Source of the DNA: Phoronis australis
Lineage: Eukaryota > Animalia > Phoronida
Reading direction: 5' to 3'
Assembly (NCBI GenBank): GCA_002633005.1
Contig: NMRA01000024.1
Span: 1,619,177-1,683,176 of the forward strand
Length of the DNA stretch: 64,000 bases
The notes under the pieces were generated by a model. That model worked only from the letters and a program-made list of their open reading frames with translations, did no database searches and was not told the origin of the DNA. This document shows positions 1 to 10,000 of this stretch, one piece after another (within the stretch, counting starts at the first letter, position 1; each line of letters opens with the position of its first letter). The position numbers and the translations under genes were made by a program.

Positions 1-809
1 TGATAGAATTCAGTTCTTGGTGTTGTTGACTTTTAACCAGTCAGCTATAAAAATGCGTTTCCAGAGGTGTTTTGCTTGTCAACATATTGTCAGAACCGTT
101 AAAGGCGTGCAATTTTCAAATGTGGAAACAAACCTATAAAAACTTATCGCGTTTGCCGTTGCGTCCTCATTCTGCAAGAGTCTTCTGCAGTCATGTACTT
201 TCTCAGCATTTGGAAAATCGGAGCTTCCGCCTTGGAAAAGTGGAACATCTGTTCCAACGCCAAATGCAAATTTGACAGACCATGGCACAGTCGCATAGCA
301 GTTATAGGCCGTATAGCATCAATGGTGTTACATTATCACACACCACGTTGTTATTGTTGACCAATGGTCCTGACGTCATGCAACAATCAAACTTATCCAG
401 CAGATAACCTTGAAGTTTTATGTAACCCAGCCCAGCTGGAGTAGCATATGTGGCGCCACCAACCAAGAAAGTTTCCCGAAGGCGTTTTTTTTTGCTAGGA
501 CGAAAAATGTCGTTTCCTGAAATATTTGGACATTTTTGACGTAACTCCCTTCACCGCCACCACTTTACGACCAATTTCACGAAATATTTTGATGGTGTGG
601 CGCGACGGCTAATACAGCTTCAAATAGTAGTATTGTCCCACCGAAAGCGAGACACTTGGCAAGTAAGAAGATACGTTGTTGGATACGACTCATTCAAAGA
701 CCTTGCTCCTTCACGAACTTCCAAAAAATCGTGTAAAGAATACGCCTTTTTCGCAGTTTTCGGAACTAACCGTACGTTGCCCAAACAGGTTTGTAATTGT
801 AACGAAAAT

Positions 810-1350
810 AATCATTTTTCTATGCCAAAAATTTTTTCCGAGATAAAAAATTTTACACCACGGAAAATACTTTTCCCAGGGTAAAATTTTTTTCCACAGA
901 AAAAATAATAACGTTCTCTGTGAAAAAGACTTTTCTCCGAGACAAATATTTTTCTCGATGGAAAAGCTATTCTTCGTGGAGAAAATATTTCTAAGCGAAA
1001 AATACTTTTTGCGTTATCTGAGTAAAGATTTTCAACTGGAAAAAATTTTCTCTGTAGAAAACACTTTTCTACATGGGAAATCTTTTCACCGCAGAAAAAA
1101 ATATACATGGAAAAAATGTTGATCATTAAAAAAACTCTTCGTGAAAAAAAAATTCTGCGTGGAGACTTTATAACGTCGAAAAAAATCCCCCAAGGAAAAA
1201 ATTCCTCACTAAAAATTATACGAAAAAATTCTCATGGAAAACCTTTTCTCTGCCGAAAAATATTCTTCGCTGAAAAAATATTCCAATCAGAAAAGAAACT
1301 TTTCTCCGCGGAAAAACTCCACGGAGAATTTTCAACGTGGAAAAACCATC
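810..1350. repeat. Degenerate A-tract/T-tract low-complexity array (GAAAAA...TTTTC units)
   Basis: Dense recurring gaaaaa/ttttc motifs. The Lys/Phe-rich ORFs on both strands are compositional artefacts. Confidence 0.55.
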
Positions 1351-1359
1351 TGTCCAAGG

Positions 1360-2586
1360 ACATACTAAAAATTCATACTCCTGGATAAACAACCAAGAGA
1401 ACAGGCTGGCTTCAGAAAGGGTTATTCAACAGCAGAACATCTTCAAACCCTAAATCAAATAATAGAAAAATACAATGAATTCAACTTGCCATTATGTGTT
1501 GGTTATATAGATTACGAAAAGGCATTCGACTCAGTGGAGCATTCAACAATTTTCAGTGCATTACGACAGACTGGAAATCATGAGGCATATGTAAACATAA
1601 TAGAGGACATCTATACAGACGCAACAGCAAGACTACTCATGGAAAATCAGACACCAGGAAAAATTTCAAGAAGAGGCATGAGACAAGGAGACCCCTTATC
1701 ACCTAAGTTATTTACTACAGTGCTACAAGAGGTTTTCAACACGGCTCATTTGGAGAGGAGAGGACTCAACATAGATGGTGAGAACTTCGAGTATTTGCGA
1801 CTTGCAGATGATGTGGCCCTTACAACAGAAAACATTAAAGACATGGAAATGCAACTGAACATACGAAATGAAAAAAAGCTTATAAATTGGCCTGAAAATA
1901 CACAGAGGAAAGACTAAATATATAACAAATTTCGAGACTGAAGACCAGATAGAAATCAAAAGCACACCCATAGAGAAAGTTAAAGGCTATAAATACCCTG
2001 GCCAAACTATTACAATGGAAGAGACGACAAAACAAGAAGTCCTGATAAGACTAAAAGCAGGTTGAGGTTGTTTCGGCAAATACAGAGAGATATTTCTAGA
2101 CGAAAAGCTGCAAATAGCACTGAACAGAAAAGTGTACAACCAATGCGTTATGCCAGTAGTGACACATGAGTGCCAAACATGGTCATTTACTAAAGAACTT
2201 ATGAACAAGATGAAAACAAACCAGAGAGCAATGGAAAGGAAACTGCTGGACATCAGCTTGAAAGACAAAATACCAAATTCCAAGATAAAAGAAAGGACTA
2301 AAATAACATATATAACAAAATGCATAACAGAAACGAAATGGAGATGGGCTGGACATGTGGCAAGAATGAAGGATAACAGGTGGACTCCGAGGACAACCGA
2401 ATGGCAGCCCAAGAAAGGCAAGGGAACAAGGGGGAGACCAAAGAGACGAAAGCGAAACGACATCATGCAGAGAGATAGGGTAACATGGCCAAAGACAGTT
2501 AAGAACCGAAAACAATGGAGGGATCTGGCGGAGGGCTACTTCCTGCAGTGGAAGGACACAGCCTAGGTAACAGGTAACAGTAACAG
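1360..2586 (+). mobile_element. 5'-truncated, degenerate RTE-clade non-LTR retrotransposon (reverse transcriptase)
   Basis: RT motifs QPREQAGFRKG, IDYEKAFDSVEH, GMRQGDPLSPKLF and LADD, plus C-terminal KWRWAGHVAR...W.P...RGRP typical of RTE. Frameshifts and stops are present. The ORF ends at TAG 2566 and is followed by a (GTAACAG)n tail. Confidence 0.92.
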
Positions 2587-2809
2587 GATATTACAGTTCT
2601 TAATGATTGGACGTTCACTACAGTTGTCGTGTATAATTCGATGAAAGCGTACTAGGTCAGATTTGACCGTTTAGCAGACCTTGAAAGGAGTTTTCAAATT
2701 TTTGTTCAAGGTTGATGAGGAATACAGAGCATTATTTTGTTTCAGGAAATTGAATGGAAAATTAGTTTTAATATCTGTTAATAGGCCAAACCGAGTAAGT
2801 ATCTTTTTT

Positions 2810-3028
2810 AAGTCAGAAACTTGGTCTTACGCTCCACACAATTATGTCTGAAAAATATCCGAATCTTCCTTGTGCAAAAGTTGATAGTCTCTGAGAATAC
2901 ACACGTAACTGCTAGTTACTTAGGATTATTTCAAAATATTACTTCTAGACTGTGATGTGTCGTACTTACTTGGCTAAAACTTTTACAGTCATTGTGAAGT
3001 GGAAGTATGAGACCAAGTTTCTGTCTCA
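2810..3028. mobile_element. Possible small MITE
   Basis: Imperfect inverted ends agaaacttggtctt / gagaccaagtttct; no clean TSD. Confidence 0.35.
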
Positions 3029-3076
3029 AGTTAAGTCTCGAGTCATCTACTTGAAACAGACCCCTAGTCTAACCTG

Positions 3077-3600
3077 TTCAATTCAATTCAACGTTTCGTC
3101 TTTTCATTAGACATCATCAGGATCATATTTACAACAATTTAGGACAACAAGTGCCAACATACAGCTCAGGTAACATCCATGGAGTGAAGTGAGAGATACA
3201 TAGAATATGGTCAGTAGCTGGTCATCACCATAGCTGCAGGGTCACAGAGCTCTACATGTTATTCAGAGAATAAGTGGCATGCTGGTTCTGAATGGCCAAT
3301 GACTCTTTAATGAACAGTAACTCCTTATTAGGTTCTCTTCAGATAATACTAACAGAGTTGGCTTGGTGATGTTCAAAAAAACTGAAGTCACCCATCCCTT
3401 TATTGAACAAGAGCAATGTTGTGTATAAGGTTGAATGTGACAACTGTAAGGAATTCTATAAAGGACTCACACAGAGACGCCTCTGTGACAGGTTGAAAGA
3501 ACATCACACCTCAGAGAAAAGTAACATATATAGGCATTGTATTAGTTAAATATGATCCTGGTGATGTCTAATGAAAAGACGAAACGTTGAATTGAACATG
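3077..3600 (+). mobile_element. Penelope-like element fragment with inverted pseudo-LTR
   Basis: Plus strand ~3400-3505 encodes GIY-YIG N-terminus SNVVYKVECDNCKEFYKGLTQRRLCDRLKEH. Minus strand ~3225-3345 encodes endonuclease C-terminus LFIKESLAIQ...LN...SVTLQLW*. About 50 bp at 3082-3130 and 3548-3595 are inverted copies. Confidence 0.82.
3082..3128 (-). ncRNA. Minimal hammerhead ribozyme-like motif in the Penelope pLTR
   Basis: Minus strand reads CUGAUGA-U-GUCU(AAUGAAA)AGAC-GAAACGUU: intact core, 4-bp stem II, palindromic AACGUU stem III. Stem I pairing is weak. The plus-strand copy (3558-3588) has a mutated core, CUGGUGA. Confidence 0.5.
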
Positions 3601-6003
3601 AACTTTTTTATTTGTGCGGCGATCGTCCAGTTTTTGATCTTATTGTGGCCACCAAAAATGATTTAACTAATCTAACCTGATAATTATGACTGCCAACCAA
3701 TGTTATGTGCATTTGAAAATCATACCTGAACTCTAAAATTAAAACATCGGGCAAAGCGAGCTTTCAAGTGAGGGATACCGGAAGGTCACGTGATTCATTC
3801 CAGCAGACTAGAAGTCGAGGGTCAGTGTCCTCGCAGACATTTGATAATAAAAGCGAAATATGGATAACATTCGCCTAGTAATATCGAAGTATTTATGATG
3901 ACGTGTTTCCTTAGATTTTTTTTGTAATTCTGTTCAACCTTGTGCATTTTATTTAGGCGGCAGAGTCGCTGATTATGCCACTTTTTAAAGATATTTTTCT
4001 CGCTTTAGTTTAGTTAAAAACTTAATAAAATGGATTTTAATATAAGTTTGTTCTTTTGAAAATTAAGCCCAAAAATGTTCATTTCACAAAGCTCCAAGAA
4101 TTTACAAACACTTTTAATACAATACGAATTTTTTGTTTGATTTCAATTTTAATTTTATTTTTGATGGTGCACCACCATCTAAAATGGCCGGCGAAATGAG
4201 TAACGCCTTTCATCAACTCTACTATACGTGGGTATAAGACCACGGTTCGGGCCTTTGGTTTGTTGGCCATTTTGTGGACTAACTGGGAAGTGTTTACCAA
4301 GAATGGTATTCAGTAATTCCTTGAAGTTGTTTTCAGTAAACTTAGTACAGAAAGCTGGCCTCTGCCCGTATGTATCCTGGTACATAAGTCCCGCCATTTT
4401 TAGAGCACATCCTTGCTCAGTGTCCTTAAGAGACTGTTTGGGACGAGTACTACCTAAAGTCCTGTGGTCTAGGAAAAGCTCATTTGGATGCTCAACCAGA
4501 AAGCGGAATTTAGATTAAATTTGCCCTCAGTTACACAGGTGTCAAATTGTCAATCGTCAACCATTAACCACAGCACGGATGTAGGCTAAAGAAAGCTGAG
4601 GTGTGTGTATTACACTCTACTTTTTGCAAGTTTGGTGAGATAACGCTAGTGAAGGGCTAGTATATCGCTGGAGTGCCAGCCACCTTACTCATCATATCGC
4701 ACACTAGGGAGATGACTTCCACTAAGGTGGTTGAACTGTGCGGCCAATCGGTTCCCAATGCAAGGTCACATTTGAAAGCCTGGCTGCGCTTCCGGGATCC
4801 CTCTTCCATTGCTAAGGGACTGCTTCAAACCACTTGTTGTAACACGGGAATGAAGTGTCAAGTTCCACAAACTTCGTCAAAATTCACCAAAACACGAAGT
4901 ACAGACTGGGAAATCATCTAGTGCAATTTGTTGTTTGGGAATTGGATGATATAAATTTTCTTAAAGTTCGCGATGCATCCATGTTCGTTAAATCATCATC
5001 AATTTCTTACAAAATTGTCTTCTTTTGTAAAATGTTGTACAGAAAGGGGTCGAACTTCATAGACAAACAAAGCAGATACGAAACCAAAAGATTTTCGGGT
5101 TGTCAGAAGCCGGAAATGACCTACCTTGACGTGTTGAGCCGTCACATGGAAACAAAATTAAAAGTAAAATCACACGCAGTGGGTCATTTGAGTTAACTAT
5201 CCTTAGTTTACCGTACTGGAATTTGTAAGCAATTCTCTAAGGCATGTGCTCAGATACTTGAGAGGCCACCGAGAGAGCATGGGAGCAGCACTTCCCATGA
5301 GATTTTCGTAATGTATTCGTGTTAAAGGGAATTCTAGTTCATTCCAGTGATAGCTGGTACTCTTTATAACCCAAACTTGCTCTTAAATATCGCAGAAATC
5401 TTCTATTGTAATTGAAAGTAAATGTAATTTGAGTACCATATGCGTTAAACATTTACACTGAACAAGGTCATCAAAAACCATACCTCCGCCAGTTTGATCG
5501 ATCTGTGCAAGTATGCTGTGAACAATTTCATTTTCATCAACGATGTTTTTCGAACGATGATGTTCAAAAGAAATAACATATTCTTGGAATTATAACCATT
5601 AGTATTTTATCGTTATAAAACCATGATAGGTTTTTTTATAATTCACGAATAGTGGTTTTCAAAGTTTCATGTTTTCGGTGGCGGTCATTAACCGCCATCG
5701 AAAACATGTTGGTGCATGTGGGTCAAATGAATCTGTTTTGCGTTTTAAACTTTGTCCACTTCAACTCGTGATTAGTGCCGGATTAATACGGGCTGTGGAG
5801 CAATTACCCCCTGACGCTACTCTAAGAGGAGACCCCGTGTGAAAGAAGGACCCTCAATATGAAACTAAGGTCGTACTGCCGTTATTTCACTAACTGGTTA
5901 TCTGTTGAAAAAGTCTTGAGGTCACTTCTCCAGGATGTTTACATAGATATTTAGTCTCGTTTCTAAAGATTAATTAGAAAGAATAATCTCAAATACGTAG
6001 AAT

Positions 6004-6009
6004 TTTATT
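6004..6009 (-). promoter_or_regulatory. Polyadenylation signal AATAAA of the M4 peptidase gene
   Basis: tttatt on the plus strand, about 40 nt downstream of the stop codon at 6051. Confidence 0.55.
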
Positions 6010-6050
6010 TTCATTGATCCTTAGTTACAGACCGCAAAGCTTTGCTTGAT

Positions 6051-7025
6051 TTAAAAAGCTTTGTATTTGCAGCCGTAAACAGAATTCTCGCAATTGCCGC
6101 TTTTTGGGCACGCACAACCAACCACTGCGAAGGCCCCTCTGACATCGCTGTCAGACATTCGCAGGTCCCTTGCCGCTTGTTCAATGCCACACACGGCATG
6201 GTTGAAGCCTGTTGTCTCCGTCCAGTACTTCATGTTGGCGATGGCGAACACTTTGAAAGCAGTTCTGATGTCCCACCTGTAATGGGTGACCAGAGTGCAG
6301 AACGCCTTGTTGATGATACCACAGCTTTGATGTCCGTCCATGTTTTTTACGTAATTCTTGTAGTTATCGATGGATTTTCCGTCACGGGTAGGATTACACA
6401 TGTCCCGGTCGAAACCGTTCGGATCCTTTTGGATTTCATCTCCAAACAAGAAACTGCGCTGTTGTTTAAGCTCGTATTTTACCATGGCAGCTGAAATGTC
6501 GGAGAATCCCTCGTGGAGGCCGTAACCTTCGTCTTGTTTAACGATTTTCGAGTAACTGTACGTGAAAGCATGTCCAAGTTCGTGCGCGATGATGCCCACC
6601 GTGGCAAACGGGTAGTAAACTCTGGTGTTCCCTGTTCCGAGGAGAACACGCTTATCTAGGTTAGAGTATTGAGCCTTTATCGTTCCAATTGAGCCGTAGT
6701 GGGCATATAGCTTAATTTTTTTAGGGAGAGGAAGTGGAGGAACACCCAAATGCTTCATGTACAGATGATAGGTGGCGTGTGAGTAGAAAAACGTGTCACT
6801 TAGTGGCGAGAAGGCACCGTTTCTGGGATCACGGAATCCGGATGAACATGGGAAGGACCAAGGTTCCTTGACACTTCTCGGAGAAACCCCAGTTTTGAGG
6901 TTATAGACCTCAACAAAACCAGTCACAAGTTCGCACGTTGTCGCATCTTTCACTTGTGCCTGCAGAGGAGGGAAATTAGGATTGGCGGGAACACTGCCAC
7001 CTGGCGTATACAAATATTGCCCAGT
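6051..7025 (-). CDS. M4 peptidase exon 5 (catalytic domain)
   Basis: Acceptor tttttcag|ACT GGG CAA. Encodes TGQYLY...NGAFSPLSD...HELGH...EGFSD...CGIEQAARDL...AFAVVGC, collinear with the mature pseudolysin domain. Confidence 0.95.
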   Translation of the reverse strand, partial: TGQYLYTPGGSVPANPNFPPLQAQVKDATTCELVTGFVEVYNLKTGVSPRSVKEPWSFPCSSGFRDPRNGAFSPLSDTFFYSHATYHLYMKHLGVPPLPLPKKIKLYAHYGSIGTIKAQYSNLDKRVLLGTGNTRVYYPFATVGIIAHELGHAFTYSYSKIVKQDEGYGLHEGFSDISAAMVKYELKQQRSFLFGDEIQKDPNGFDRDMCNPTRDGKSIDNYKNYVKNMDGHQSCGIINKAFCTLVTHYRWDIRTAFKVFAIANMKYWTETTGFNHAVCGIEQAARDLRMSDSDVRGAFAVVGCACPKSGNCENSVYGCKYKAF

Positions 7026-10000
7026 CTGAAAAATGTAAACAAATAAAATAGATGTTGTAATGCAGTGCAGCTACCGACGGTTTAAAAGAACAAAATAGTA
7101 TACAATAAATAGACAATCGTCGGTACTAAAATATATTAAGCTATTTCCCATCTTTCGAGCTGTACGCTCTTTGTCAAAGGCATGCTCGTGTCATGGCCCT
7201 GATAAAGAGCTACCGCTTTATAAGTGGGGAATATTTTAATATAGTATAGTACTGACGCTCATCGTTTTATTCTATGCCATGAACAAGAGCAACGCAAATC
7301 GTTGAAATGCACCCACGAATGCATCGCAAATGGTGTGCTTTTAGGGTTATTTATTTGTATCATAAAATGGCCTCTAGATGGCGCAAAAACGTACAATCCA
7401 TCCAAAAATGGGAACATGCCATATTTCATTAAAAACTGTCAAGGAACTTCAGAGAAACAAAGAAAAACAGAACATAATGAAATAGCCACATATGGGCACA
7501 GCATCCGTTCGATCCGCCTGAAAGTGGTCGTCTGTTATCTTCATATAAATTCACTTACTAAATTTAAAAAGATCCTGCAGTGGGTTTTGGAGATACAGCT
7601 ATGGGCAAAAAAAACAAAAGAAAACTACCACTAGGAGGGGCCACGGTAGTCAGTCGCCATCATCCAACATCCTCTTCACACTGAAAAAAACAATCCCTAG
7701 AATGATTTGGTGGATTGAGGCCGGGTGGACGCCAAAAACAAGATTTGAAAACAGTAAAACTGGCCACTAGGTGGCGAAAAATATATCGATTCCATCCAAA
7801 AACAGGATGATAGCGTCATCTCACCAATGAATGCCTATATTCAAAATTCTATGAAAATGTGTTGAGGACCTTTGAAGTTACAGACTGGTAAACGTAAAAA
7901 ACTAAAATTGCCACGAGGGGGCACACCAGTAGTCCAATCTGCCGAAAGTCGTCGTCATCCATTGTCAACATCATATTAATGCAAATACTAAATTTAGTAA
8001 AGATGCTGCTAACGGTTTAGGAGATATAGGCATATAGGCGCAAAACAACAAAACTGCCACAAGGAGGCGTCACAGTAGTTGAAGTCGTCGGAAAATCATC
8101 GTCAACCGTCCTCTTTACAGTAAGAACGTACGTGCCAATTTTCACAATCATCCTTTGAGCAGTTTGGTTTATAAAGGGGTGGACGCAAAAAACAGACTCG
8201 AAAACAGTAAAAATGGCCACTAGGTGACGCAAGCTACGTTGAATGCATCCGAAAACGGGAGGACGTCATCATCTCTCTCTTTTTAATACATTTATTGCCC
8301 AAACAACAGCACGTAGCCAGTCTGAGGTTGAGTGCCTCAGTTCTGGCTTCAACAAAAGTATATAATATTAACCAATAGATACATAAGGCAATAAAATGCA
8401 GCTGGAAAGGAAAAAGGGGAGCGGGGAAGGACTTTCACGCGCCATTAACACACACACACTCACGCCCTGTTGAAATGATGTCTGAAGAAATTAGGTTCTA
8501 TATAAATACGTACAAACATAAATACATACAATAATAATATTAACAGTACAAATTCGATGATTTCTAGAATACTAATTAAAAGCATGCGTGCAGGCCTCTC
8601 CATTTATCCATATTTGTGTCCGAGGTATCTGTTAAATTGTGTTTATAAAAGTTTGTAATTTCAACATGAAATCGTTAAAAAGGAGAGGCTTTTTTACCTT
8701 TGATGACTGATAAATGAAGTAAAGTGACGGCGTCATCTCACTAATAGGTGATTATGTACCAAATTCTATGAAAATCTGTTCAGGACTTTTGAAGACATAG
8801 GTAAACGTAAAAAAATAAAATTGTCACCAGGGGGCACACCGGTAGTTGGATCCGTCCGAAAGTTCGCTCATGCCGTCATTTCCACGGTAGAAACACATAT
8901 GCAAAATTTCATGAATATACGTCAAGGCGTTTTGGAGATAGAGCAGCGGATGCCGGACGGCCGGATGGACGGACCGACGGAGATGAAGGCATAATGCGTC
9001 CACATATAAATATGTGGGCGCATAAAAATGCAAATGCAACAAAGCAATCGATGGTCGCTAGACCTAGAAACTTAAAGATGCAGCATGTTAAGAGTATGTA
9101 GGACGGTATAGACAACTCTGTGCATGTACTCAAATATCTTCTCAACTAAAGTAAATGTATATACCTTTATAATAGAGACGTTGTAGAACTTTAGTGTTAA
9201 CATGGCATAGCATGTGGAAGTTGGATATGAAATTCCGAAGTTAGTCAAATTTGAACATTTTTCTACGGTTTTACGCAACTTTAAGAGTGCAGAAAATATA
9301 TTCTCACACAACGACGTCCCTCAATACACATTCGATAATAAGAAAACTTACATGTCCATTCCCTCCTACACTGTTAACGTTCTGAACCGCTGAGGCTATC
9401 GCATCCCATTTCTTTATTATACCCCCTGTCATGGCGTCAATCAAGCACGACGGCTCAACGACTCCGGAACTGGTTTCTACGCTCATCGTGACGTAGTAAG
9501 CCAATGTCGCGGTCACATTATGCTCATAGTTAAATCCTAGGTAAATTGGAAACAACACAAGCTAATCAGTATTTCGTAACTTCTCTGTATGACGAGTAAG
9601 AATTTTACTTGGATTGGTAGGGTTAGTAGTGTAAGTGAATGCCAAAACGGCAAAACACCAAGACAGTATTCCCATTCAAGTCCACTCTAAAATTGGTCAA
9701 GAAAAAGTATTGCTGGCAATCTTGAAATCGTGTCAAATTTTCCATCAGTCTTGCCAATGTTCTCTAAAAGTGTGGAAAAAAGTTGAAATATTGCGTGGAT
9801 TTTCCAAAAATTTTCTTGGTCAAGACCGTCTAAAAATCTTCCCAAAACTTTCTGATTTTTTTAAACGATGGTACTAACAGAACTAACTCAAAGCTGCGGA
9901 GGGTGGGGCTGTGTTCCATAGCTGCAAGAATCTTTCGAGTAAATTCTTCCCTCTCACTCGATTTCTCTCACTGTTCGCAGACTGTTAAGCGGAGAGGTGT

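Noticed and set aside
6042-6494. 150-aa plus-strand ORF
   Set aside because: Antisense shadow of the M4 catalytic exon.
6051-7013. Bacterial contaminant contig or stand-alone prokaryotic gene
   Set aside because: The ORF lacks its own start and propeptide; these lie in upstream exons separated by TE-containing spliceosomal introns.
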